Shown piece after piece: positions 54,091-62,876 of a stretch of DNA of 64,000 nucleotides (the first letter of the stretch is position 1; each line of letters begins with the position of its first letter). The notes beneath the pieces are model-generated. The model was not told the origin of the DNA, ran no database searches, and worked only from the letters and a program-made list of their open reading frames with translations. The stretch comes from a virus (lineage: Duplodnaviria; Caudoviricetes): positions 10,190 to 74,189 of IMG/VR virus record IMGVR_UViG_3300005805_000002; one strand, written 5' to 3'. The position numbers and the translations under genes were made by a program.

Positions 54091-55977
54091 ATGTCCACCA
54101 TTAAATCCCGCAAGCGGGTAAAACCCGCTACCACTGCGGCTACAGCAACCCCCGTACTTCCGGGAAATTTTAAGTACGGTCGCGACTGGGGTGAATCGAC
54201 TCCGTTTGACATTGAGCTGTACAGCTTCCGCGACGGTCTGAGTGTTGCGGACGGCGGTCTCGGCAAGGCCGAGCATTTCTGGAATGTCGTTACTTTCCTC
54301 TGGCCTGCCACCAGCCGAAAACCCTTCCTGCGTAATCCGTGGAGCGAGCGCATGGTTGAAGCAGCTTGCACACACAACTTCCTCTCCGTTTCCGGCTGCG
54401 CCTCGTCTTCCAAGACGGACACATTCGCAGTCTGGGCCATCGTAAATTGGTTGGCCGACCCTCTGAATACGAAGGTGCTTTGTACCAGTACGACGCTGCG
54501 TGAGAGCCGCAAGCGTATCTGGGGCTCTATCGAGGACTATTGGATGGCTATGCCCGACGATGTCAGGAGGGTCGGCAAGCTGGTTTCGTCCTTCGGTTTG
54601 ATCCGGGTCTCCGAGAACACTGGATACAAGGCGAGTGAGAAGAGTGGTATCGAGCTGATCCCCGGCGAGAAGAAGCGGGAGCGCGAAGCCACCGGAAAGA
54701 TCATCGGTATCAAGAACAAGCGGGTCTTCTTGATCGCGGACGAGTTGCCCGAGCTGTCCCCCGCCATCATGCAGGCGGCGATTTCCAACCTCACGGCCAA
54801 CCCGTTCTGTCAGGCCATCGGTCTGGGCAACCCCGCCAGCTACTACGATGCCCACGGGATTTTCTCCACACCCAAAGCGGGGTGGAAATCAGTCAGTCCC
54901 GAGGACTTCGAGTGGGAGACGATTTACGGCTATGCCATCCGATTCGATGCTACTCTGTCCCCGAACATTCTGGCCGACGACGACACTTTGTATCCTTGGT
55001 TACCTACGAAGGCTCGCCTTGAGGAGGCGAAGAAGAACATGGGCGAGGAGTCCTTCGGCTTTTGGCGGCAGTGGCGCGGGTTCTTCCCTCCAGAGGGCGG
55101 GGACAAGACCGTCTTCTCCGACGTCGACATTGTTTTCTTCGGGGCTGACCGCAAGGACGTCAACTGGATGGAGCCCCCTACAGCAGTGGCAGGGCTCGAC
55201 CCCGGTTTTACCAACGAGGGTGACCGCTCCATTGCTTATTTCGGGTTGCTCGGAGAGGAGGCCGACTCCGGTCTGTCGATCCTGCTCTTGAATGACTACA
55301 TCGTCCTGAAGGACGACATGACCGACAAGAATACTCCAAGAAACTTTCAGATCGCACAGGCTTACAAGACTGAGTGTCAAAGACGCGGGGTAGCTTCCCG
55401 TCATGCCGCCGTAGACGTTTCAGGATCTCCGGCCTTCGGCGATATATTGGCCCGCGTTTGGGCCGGGGATGTTTACCGAGGGCAGTTTGGCGGCAAGTCG
55501 ACCATGCACCGGGTCGGCGAAGACCGAGCGATGGCAAAAGACAGGTACGCCAATAGGGCGACCGAGTTGTGGTTTGAGGCCCGCAACTACATGGAGAGCG
55601 GCCAGATTCGTGGCGTAGGTCCAGATCTAGCTCGCGAGCTAACGGCTCGTCGCTACACTACGGGGGCTACGGCCGGAAGTGTTGATGCTACAGTCGCTAT
55701 CGAACCCAAGCGCAAGATGAAGGCTAGATCCGGGGTCTCGCCCGACATTGCCGACGCTTGTCTCATGCTTTTCGATCTCTGCCGTACACGTCTTGGTTTC
55801 CGTAATAAGATGGGCCGCACCACGGTGAAGCGCAAAAATGAGGCGTGGGATAAGTTCCGGAACAAAGCAGCCCGGAAGCCGGGAGGGAAAAAGCTAAGCC
55901 TGAAGTCGTTGATCATCGAGAGGGGCACCCCCAAGGTGTTTTTGGGACGTGCGCGCGGGCTCAACTTTGTCCGTTGA
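54091..55977 (+). CDS. terL: Terminase large subunit
   Basis: SGCASSSKT (Walker A-like), FLIADE (Walker B), GLGNP coupling motif, AGLDPG and SPDIADA nuclease motifs. Confidence 0.88.
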   Translation: MSTIKSRKRVKPATTAATATPVLPGNFKYGRDWGESTPFDIELYSFRDGLSVADGGLGKAEHFWNVVTFLWPATSRKPFLRNPWSERMVEAACTHNFLSVSGCASSSKTDTFAVWAIVNWLADPLNTKVLCTSTTLRESRKRIWGSIEDYWMAMPDDVRRVGKLVSSFGLIRVSENTGYKASEKSGIELIPGEKKREREATGKIIGIKNKRVFLIADELPELSPAIMQAAISNLTANPFCQAIGLGNPASYYDAHGIFSTPKAGWKSVSPEDFEWETIYGYAIRFDATLSPNILADDDTLYPWLPTKARLEEAKKNMGEESFGFWRQWRGFFPPEGGDKTVFSDVDIVFFGADRKDVNWMEPPTAVAGLDPGFTNEGDRSIAYFGLLGEEADSGLSILLLNDYIVLKDDMTDKNTPRNFQIAQAYKTECQRRGVASRHAAVDVSGSPAFGDILARVWAGDVYRGQFGGKSTMHRVGEDRAMAKDRYANRATELWFEARNYMESGQIRGVGPDLARELTARRYTTGATAGSVDATVAIEPKRKMKARSGVSPDIADACLMLFDLCRTRLGFRNKMGRTTVKRKNEAWDKFRNKAARKPGGKKLSLKSLIIERGTPKVFLGRARGLNFVR

Positions 55978-56002
55978 CATCGGGTTTAAGATGACGTATG
56001 CA
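55974..56002 (+). promoter_or_regulatory. Sigma70-like promoter containing the GGTTTAAGA motif
   Basis: TTGACA-17 nt-TATGCA before the portal gene. Confidence 0.45.
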
Positions 56003-56037
56003 ATTCGGGAAATTCACGATCAGAGTGTTTCAATCGC

Positions 56038-58320
56038 GTGAGGGACAAATCTAAGCAATCCATTTTACAGCGCCCGCCAGAGTCTAAACCTGTGAAGACT
56101 GCCCCGGGCGAATTGACGCCTTTTCCGGAAAAGGGAAAGCCGTCCCCTCGCGTCAAAGATCTCAAGTCGTTGTATTCCGTTTACACGCGGTTCCTTAAAG
56201 ACGACGAAAAGTCCGCCTATAATAGATCGCTCGTCCGTGATGCCGCTGACGGCGCACCTCCGTTCGATGCACCGGACCTCGAACAGGAAGGGCGTTTCAA
56301 TCTCAACTTTCACGATTTGTCCGGTTTGCTGGACGAGCGCAATGCGACCTACACCGATCTGATCGATTCTACGTCGGAACTCGCGCGTTTATTTTACCCC
56401 GAGATCGTTGACGACACCGGGAGCAGCGAGCGTGAGGAGAAGGCTTCGATTATCGCCGAAGAGTTCACCCAGCTTAACCGTAACGACTGGGCCGATTTTT
56501 ACCCGAACTGGGACATTCTCATTAATGAGCTGATTCAGCATGGTCTTTCGATGGCTTACTTCCCTAACGAGCACACGTGGAAGTGGAGCGCTGCCGGAAT
56601 GGATGACTTTCTCATCGCTCGTCAGACTCGCGCCTCCGAAGACGCCATCGATCTGATGTTCATCCGGGAGAAAATTCCCGCCCACAAATTTTATTCGTAC
56701 ATCAAGGACGAGAGCATCGCTGGCAAAGCGGGCTGGAAATTAGACGCTTCCAAAGCTGCCCTCGTTAAAGCCACGACGGGAAGCGCAGTCAAAAGCCGTT
56801 CGTGGGGGCGTTATTGGAGCGAGACCGTCGACGAGTTGGCAAACAACGACTATGGAACTTCATACTCCAAGTCGACCGACGTTGATTGCATTCACGCTTT
56901 GGTGCGCGAGTACGATGGGACTTTCTCACACTACATTTTCCCCGAAGACGGGAGCGGGGATAACTTCCTTTTTGAGAGGCGCAATCGCTACAAAGCCAAC
57001 GAAGACATGTTCACGATCTTCACGGCGCGCGTGGGACGAAATGGGAAGTACCACTCGGTGCGCGGGGACCTATGGCGCGCTTACCCCGAGGCGCAGGCTT
57101 TGAATCGTCTGCGTTGCGCAGCCCTCGATTCCACGGCGCACTCGATGGCAATCCTTTTGCAGCCTAACGATCCTGAAGCGATGGAAGATTTCGCTTTGGT
57201 GCTCAACGGCCCGGTAGCTTGGTTGCCTCCGGAGGCCACGGTCATCCAGCAGCGGAACAATCCCAATCTGTCAGGGAACGTTCTGCCTATGATCCAAGAC
57301 TTGTCGCAGACTATGCGGACAAATCTCGGCCTGCCCGGCCCGCAGGGCGAGATCCAGCAGGCCAACACCAAGTACGGTCAGATTTACCAGCAGCTACAGG
57401 CGGGCTCCTTGACCGGGGCTCAAGTCACACGTTTCTATCGTTCTTGGCGTCGTCTGTTGGCTGCCCAGTTCCGGCGGATTCAGGCCATCGGTCCCAACGA
57501 CCAGCGCTACCCCGAGATCCAAAGATTTTACGGACGACTCATGCTTCGCGGCGTTAGTCCCGAAGACGTATTCGGTGTCGAGCGCGTCGAGCCTTATCGG
57601 GCTGCGGGGGCGGGTTCGGTGGGGGCCCGTCTCCGCGCCTACGATGGCGGCATGGAGACTGTCGGTATGCTCGACGAAGTCGGCCGTAATCGCTTTCTCC
57701 GCGATTTCTACGCAGAGCAATTCGGTCGGGATTTGGCTTCGCAGTACGTTGGACGGGCCCAGAAGCCCCGCTTTGTGATCGACGCCAGAATGGCTGAACT
57801 TGAGCACACGACCCTGAAAGAGAACCCGGCACTCGTTCCTATGCCCGGCGAGAATGATCTCGTTCATGCACAGATCCATCTAGGTAGAGCTTTCCAAGAA
57901 ATAGAGGCTGTGACCGAGTTTCTGACGCAGAAGGGTGACATCGACCCGAATCAAGTCGTTCCTATCTTACAATTTGTGGAGGCCCTGCTCGGCCACACAG
58001 GGCCCCACATCGAGGCTTTGGCGGCGGATCCTACCCGCCAACGTGAGTTCTCGGAGCTGCGCAAGCTGTATCAGCAAGTCGGCGCTCGTTGGGAGAGTAT
58101 GGCCGAATTGGCGCAGCGTTTGCGGCCCTCCGAAGAGCAGCAGCAGGAGCAAATGACCAAGATGCAAATGAAGATGCAGGAGCATCAATTAAACATGCGC
58201 ATCAAAGCAGAAGAGCACCAATTGAAGATGGTCGCTAAACAACAAGAAGTCTCGAACCGTTTGAATCTCCGGCGAATCCAGACCGACGCTAAAATAGCTA
58301 CGCAAATCGCTCGCCGATAA
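56038..58320 (+). CDS. Portal protein
   Basis: 760 aa right after terL and before scaffold/capsid; Q/M-rich C-terminal tail. Assigned by synteny. Confidence 0.7.
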   Translation: MRDKSKQSILQRPPESKPVKTAPGELTPFPEKGKPSPRVKDLKSLYSVYTRFLKDDEKSAYNRSLVRDAADGAPPFDAPDLEQEGRFNLNFHDLSGLLDERNATYTDLIDSTSELARLFYPEIVDDTGSSEREEKASIIAEEFTQLNRNDWADFYPNWDILINELIQHGLSMAYFPNEHTWKWSAAGMDDFLIARQTRASEDAIDLMFIREKIPAHKFYSYIKDESIAGKAGWKLDASKAALVKATTGSAVKSRSWGRYWSETVDELANNDYGTSYSKSTDVDCIHALVREYDGTFSHYIFPEDGSGDNFLFERRNRYKANEDMFTIFTARVGRNGKYHSVRGDLWRAYPEAQALNRLRCAALDSTAHSMAILLQPNDPEAMEDFALVLNGPVAWLPPEATVIQQRNNPNLSGNVLPMIQDLSQTMRTNLGLPGPQGEIQQANTKYGQIYQQLQAGSLTGAQVTRFYRSWRRLLAAQFRRIQAIGPNDQRYPEIQRFYGRLMLRGVSPEDVFGVERVEPYRAAGAGSVGARLRAYDGGMETVGMLDEVGRNRFLRDFYAEQFGRDLASQYVGRAQKPRFVIDARMAELEHTTLKENPALVPMPGENDLVHAQIHLGRAFQEIEAVTEFLTQKGDIDPNQVVPILQFVEALLGHTGPHIEALAADPTRQREFSELRKLYQQVGARWESMAELAQRLRPSEEQQQEQMTKMQMKMQEHQLNMRIKAEEHQLKMVAKQQEVSNRLNLRRIQTDAKIATQIARR

Positions 58321-58325
58321 ACTTT

Positions 58326-58694
58326 ATGGCAACCAAGAAAGCGGCGCGCTTAAACCCCGCGCGAAGAGTGGAACTTCCGAAACCTTTGAGTTTGGAAGAG
58401 TGGGCGAAAGACGAAGTTCGTAGGGCTCGTTTAACCGAGATCCTTACTGATCCCGTTCTGCAAGAGGCTCTAGTCACGTTGGAATCTTCGTACAGTCCTT
58501 CCGTTCCATCTTTTATTGCGTCTGAGTCGAGTACGACTACGCCTTCTTCCGTCGATCTAAACAATCTGTTGGCGCTTCGGCACGTTCACCGCGCGGGCTT
58601 TTTTGGATTTCCGACAGCCCTTCGCAATCTAACTCGCGAGCGAGTTTTGAAACGCGCTGAACGCGCGCCTTGGGGAGACCTGATCCCTGACTGA
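58326..58694 (+). CDS. Head-associated hypothetical protein
   Basis: Between portal and scaffold. Confidence 0.6.
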   Translation: MATKKAARLNPARRVELPKPLSLEEWAKDEVRRARLTEILTDPVLQEALVTLESSYSPSVPSFIASESSTTTPSSVDLNNLLALRHVHRAGFFGFPTALRNLTRERVLKRAERAPWGDLIPD

Positions 58695-58698
58695 TTTT

Positions 58699-59955
58699 AT
58701 GGCAGACACACCAACCAATACGCAGGCTAGCCCCGCCCCGAGCGAGGCGACTTCTTCACCCTCTACTTCGACTACTAGTCAGAGTAATACGCCAACCACG
58801 TCTTCTGCCCCTCCGTCACAGGAAGCTGCGTCGTCAAAGACCAGTTCTTTCATCGAGAGTGCTCTTGGGGCCATCAAGACTGAGATGAGTGGAGCTTCTG
58901 TTTCGGATACTCCGGAGATCCCGAAAGAGGAGCCTACGACGACCAAGGCTGTGGAGGCTGAAAAGCAGACTGCCGTGCAAGACGATGAGGACAGTCGGGC
59001 TGAGGCCGACATCAAGCGCGAAACGTCTACTATGTCAGCAGCTCACCGCGCGGCGTTCACTAAGCTCCGCTACGAGGCTCGTGACCTGAAGCGCCAGCTC
59101 AAGGCGGCGACTGAAGCCAAAGAGGCTGCGTCAACTCCAGCTCAAAACGCCGAGGCGTCCGCTGATATCGAGCGGCTTCGCTCTGAGTATGATGCCATGA
59201 AGGCTAAAGTCGCCGAATTTGAACAAGAGGCTTACGCCACTCGTCTGGAGTCGACGGAAAAGTACAAGACCGAGGTAGCCCAGCCGCGAGATCAAGTGGC
59301 GTCAGCCATCGGGGAAATCTCCAAGCGCTACGAGGCCATCGACCCAGAGTCGATAATTCTCGCTGTCCGCTCCGGAGACGCTGAGCGAGTTTCCCGCGTT
59401 ACTGCGGACATGACCGAGTTTGACCGCTACAGGTTTTACAACCTCGTAGACCAGTTCCACAGCATCAACAGTCGCGAGGAGGCGATGCGAGCTAACGCCA
59501 AAGAAACAATCGAATCGAGCTACCGCGCACAGAGAGAGCGGGAGGAGGCCAAAGCAGCCGAAGAAAAAGAGGCGTGGTCCAAGTCTTTGGATTCCGTTTG
59601 GTCCCAGCTAGAGGAAGAGTTTCCCGTGCTCGCTCCTGTTGATGGAGACGAGGACTGGAACTCCAAAGTAACAGCGGTGAAGAACTTCGCGACGCCGGAT
59701 CGATTCAACGCTCTGACAGTGAGAGAACGCGCCGAAACTCTGTACCGAGCCGCCGCGTTTCCAGTGCTGGTCGCCGAGTTGGAATCCGCAGTGGAGGAAA
59801 TGAAGTCCGCTCAGGAAAAGCTCAGCAAGTACGAGAGCGCGACTCCCGGAGTGCAAAGTAGCGGTTCGGAGTCCGACGATTTTGATTCCGTTCCTTCGTC
59901 CGGTTCTTTCATGGACAACGCTCTGGCTGCTTTGCGGAAAGCCGGGTCCCGATAA
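58699..59955 (+). CDS. Capsid scaffolding protein
   Basis: S/T/P-rich N-terminus, long acidic coiled coil, basic C-terminal tip, upstream of the capsid gene. Confidence 0.65.
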   Translation: MADTPTNTQASPAPSEATSSPSTSTTSQSNTPTTSSAPPSQEAASSKTSSFIESALGAIKTEMSGASVSDTPEIPKEEPTTTKAVEAEKQTAVQDDEDSRAEADIKRETSTMSAAHRAAFTKLRYEARDLKRQLKAATEAKEAASTPAQNAEASADIERLRSEYDAMKAKVAEFEQEAYATRLESTEKYKTEVAQPRDQVASAIGEISKRYEAIDPESIILAVRSGDAERVSRVTADMTEFDRYRFYNLVDQFHSINSREEAMRANAKETIESSYRAQREREEAKAAEEKEAWSKSLDSVWSQLEEEFPVLAPVDGDEDWNSKVTAVKNFATPDRFNALTVRERAETLYRAAAFPVLVAELESAVEEMKSAQEKLSKYESATPGVQSSGSESDDFDSVPSSGSFMDNALAALRKAGSR

Positions 59956-59960
59956 AATAA

Positions 59961-59992
59961 ATTTGACGGACGTACAGCTTACGATTACATAC
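59961..59992 (+). promoter_or_regulatory. Sigma70-like promoter
   Basis: aaataaatTTGACG-17 nt-TACATA; a similar element occurs at ~60343. Confidence 0.4.
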
Positions 59993-60000
59993 AACATCAT

Positions 60001-60342
60001 ATGGCATTCAATAAGGCACCTTCTAATTGGCTGACCGGGTATTCGTTGAATACGAACACGGTCAATGTGCAGACCTCTAACGCGGGGGCGACGGCCACTT
60101 TCCCTGAGCTTACGAGCGCCGAGGCCAACGCCACTACGGGTGATATCCGCAAGATCGTTTACGCGGTTATCGAACAGCTTTACCAAAAATTTCAGGCTAC
60201 CACGGCAGCAGATCGTCCTAATCGGATGAGCATCTCCCGTTCTTCTACGGTTGGAGCGGATAATACTGTGAACCACACGTATGTCCTTTCTCTGACCTTG
60301 TCGGCGGCGGGCGGTTTGGACGTTGCTGACGAGGCGACCTAA
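60001..60342 (+). CDS. Small virion/structural protein (113 aa)
   Basis: T/A/N-rich; in the head module. Confidence 0.55.
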   Translation: MAFNKAPSNWLTGYSLNTNTVNVQTSNAGATATFPELTSAEANATTGDIRKIVYAVIEQLYQKFQATTAADRPNRMSISRSSTVGADNTVNHTYVLSLTLSAAGGLDVADEAT

Positions 60343-60377
60343 AATAATTTGACGGGTTTGCGTGAATAGCGTAAACC
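60343..60377 (+). promoter_or_regulatory. Sigma70-like promoter for the capsid gene
   Basis: aataatTTGACG-17 nt-TAAACC. Confidence 0.4.
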
Positions 60378-60391
60378 TACAACTATAGCGC

Positions 60392-60530
60392 TCTGGCCCT
60401 GCTTAGGTCAGACGGTGCTGCGTGAGACCGTAACCTCATCGCCGACAAACTAATGAAGCCGTAACCCGCATGTGCGGGCAGCGGAATTCTTACTGGAAGC
60501 AATTTCAGTAATAGTCGGCTAACGGTCTTC
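60392..60530 (+). ncRNA. Structured 5' leader of the major capsid gene
   Basis: Nested helices gagaccgt/acggtctt and gccgac/gtcggc enclosing cccgc-atgt-gcggg and ttactgga/ttcagtaa. Confidence 0.5.
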
Positions 60531-60561
60531 ATAAGAAACGCAACCTTTAAGAATTAATCTT

Positions 60562-61722
60562 ATGGCAGCACCTAATATCAATAACGTCATGCGCCAGTTG
60601 GAAGGCCAGATTGCCGGGGAAATCTACTCCCGCAACCTGCACTCTTCCGTCTGGGTTGACCTTCCCAAACAAGAGGCTTGGCCCGAAGGCCAAGGCAATG
60701 TCATTCAGGCTTTGACCCTGAACCGTTCGCTTCCGGCTAACACGCTTTCGTGGTCGGATATCGACGCTTCGGCGGGCGAAGCTGGTGGAACCTGTATTCC
60801 TCCGGTTCAACGTCTCAACATCACCAACAGTGTCACCGAGTACAACCTCCAGCACACTGCTTTGGAGAGCCCCGATCTGTGCTTGCACGATCTGATGAAC
60901 TCCTATCGTGCGCAGGAGCAACTCTCGCACTTGATGGAAGTTCTCAGTGAGAACACGCGTCAGGTCTGGATCGACCGTCACCGCACGGAGTACACCCGCA
61001 TCGCTGCGCACAAGCTCGTTGCGACTGGTACGGGCTTCCTCGAACCCGTCAGCGGAGCTTTCGCGGCCCCGACTGGCACTGGAGCTACCGCTCCGGCCAA
61101 GCTCAAAGGCTTGCACCTCAAACAGGCTTACGCCCGTTCGGTGCGCTTGGGCGCTGGCGCTCGCGGCAACTACGGCACCGTCAACGGTCGCCCGTCGTTC
61201 CTCGCGCTCGTCGGCATGGAAACCAGCGAGCAGATCGCTACCGAGACTGACTACCGTCAGGACACTCGTTACAGCGACCGCGTTCCTGAGCTTCTGGCTC
61301 CTCTCGGTATCGAGCGGATGTTCAAAGGCTTCTGGCTGGCAGACGAAGTCTTCCCGCCCCGCTACAACTACACCAGCGGAGCTTGGGTCGAAGTTAAGCC
61401 GTACATCTGGTCTGGCACTGGCGCTAGCGCCGTCCTGATCGAGAATCCGGCTTACGAGACAGCGACCTACGAAGACACCATCGTCTACAACAGCGAGGTG
61501 ATGCGTAGTGTGATCATGCCGCCCGCCCGTAACTACGGTCAGGCGTCCTTCGATCCTCAGCGTTATCGCGGAGATTGGGCATGGAAAAATATCGTCGAGC
61601 GCAACGATAATCCGGACGGTAACTACGGTTTCTTCCGGGGCGTCTTCGCCAGCGGTACCAAGCCTGTCTTCCCGCAGTACGGCATCGTGATCCGCCACCT
61701 GCGCGGAACCATCGAAGCCTAA
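60562..61722 (+). CDS. Major capsid protein
   Basis: 386 aa after the scaffold; strongly biased codons suggesting high expression; size fits an HK97-fold capsid protein. Confidence 0.78.
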   Translation: MAAPNINNVMRQLEGQIAGEIYSRNLHSSVWVDLPKQEAWPEGQGNVIQALTLNRSLPANTLSWSDIDASAGEAGGTCIPPVQRLNITNSVTEYNLQHTALESPDLCLHDLMNSYRAQEQLSHLMEVLSENTRQVWIDRHRTEYTRIAAHKLVATGTGFLEPVSGAFAAPTGTGATAPAKLKGLHLKQAYARSVRLGAGARGNYGTVNGRPSFLALVGMETSEQIATETDYRQDTRYSDRVPELLAPLGIERMFKGFWLADEVFPPRYNYTSGAWVEVKPYIWSGTGASAVLIENPAYETATYEDTIVYNSEVMRSVIMPPARNYGQASFDPQRYRGDWAWKNIVERNDNPDGNYGFFRGVFASGTKPVFPQYGIVIRHLRGTIEA

Positions 61723-61841
61723 TCTGTAGATAGCTTCTTCACACTGCCGATCCCGTTATAACAGAATCCCGCTGAAGAGGGAGGAAAATTCCCCTTGTGG
61801 GTAGTTGGGATCGGCAGTCTTGGAGGCTAATTACAAGTATT

Positions 61842-62876
61842 ATGGCAATTCGCTCGCTTGAACTTGGCACGCAAAGTGTGCCCCCGGCAGTACCCCCTAC
61901 GGGAAAGCGAAAGCTGTTTCTAGATGCGAACGGGGAACTTCAATACCTTTTGTCTTCTGGAGCAGTAGAGCCAGTAGGCTCAGAGGATTACGAATCAGCA
62001 GTAGGAGACACCGTATTAAGTACTACGGTCGGGGGTGCAGCTCCACAAGCGGCGAGCGTGTGGAAGACTAGAACTTTGTCTCAGGCGTTAGACGTAATTT
62101 TGTTTCCGACAGTAAACCCGTCTATTTCTACACCCAAATCGGCTCAGCTATCGGTATCCGGCAGCACTGGCGTTCAGGAAGTCGGCAGCGCCGAAGCAAG
62201 GACTCTCACCAAAGTTTTTGATCGCGGTCGCATCACCAACGGCGACGGGTCACTTGGGCCGCTATTGGTAGGAGCTGAGACCTCAACCGTTTATTCTGGC
62301 ACGGGCGTTCTGGGGGGCACTGGCAACAATTCTCTAGGGACTGTTGCAGTGGTTCTAGGTGCAAACCAGTGGACTGCCACAGTATCTCATGCCGCCGGAA
62401 CGGGAGCTTACTTTGACAACAAGGGAGTCGCCAGCACTGCTCTCGACGGCAGCCGCGTAGCTGGCACGGTGACTGCCAGCACTGCGGCGTTTACGGGAGT
62501 CTATCCTTGGTATCACCTCAAGTCTCCGGTTGCATTCACTGCGACTCAGTTCGCCGCTGCGATTTCGGCAGGCAGCGCCTCAAGCATTCACGCATCCGCA
62601 GTCCTGACTAAAGTCATCGCGGACGCCAGCGGAACAATCTCCATCCCATACAATGTCAGTGGTCAGTTCGTTGGCGCAGCTTACGAGGCGACTTTGACTA
62701 CCAAGACCCGGTATTATGTCACCGCTCTCGACAACGGAGCAATTACTGCCGTTTTCAATGCAGTGGTGACACAGAACAACGTCGCGACTGCTCTGTGGAC
62801 TCGTAATTACAAGATGCACATCAGCACAAACCCGCTAACCAACTCAAACCCAACTCTTGAACTGAGGAACTTCTAA
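61842..62876 (+). CDS. Virion structural/fibre-like protein
   Basis: G/T/S/A/V-rich, beta-rich; follows the capsid gene. Confidence 0.55.
   Translation: MAIRSLELGTQSVPPAVPPTGKRKLFLDANGELQYLLSSGAVEPVGSEDYESAVGDTVLSTTVGGAAPQAASVWKTRTLSQALDVILFPTVNPSISTPKSAQLSVSGSTGVQEVGSAEARTLTKVFDRGRITNGDGSLGPLLVGAETSTVYSGTGVLGGTGNNSLGTVAVVLGANQWTATVSHAAGTGAYFDNKGVASTALDGSRVAGTVTASTAAFTGVYPWYHLKSPVAFTATQFAAAISAGSASSIHASAVLTKVIADASGTISIPYNVSGQFVGAAYEATLTTKTRYYVTALDNGAITAVFNAVVTQNNVATALWTRNYKMHISTNPLTNSNPTLELRNF

Noticed and set aside
54370-54420. Terminase Walker A variant SSSKT as a sign of inactivation
   Set aside because: Terminase P-loops are often atypical, and the other ATPase and nuclease motifs are intact.
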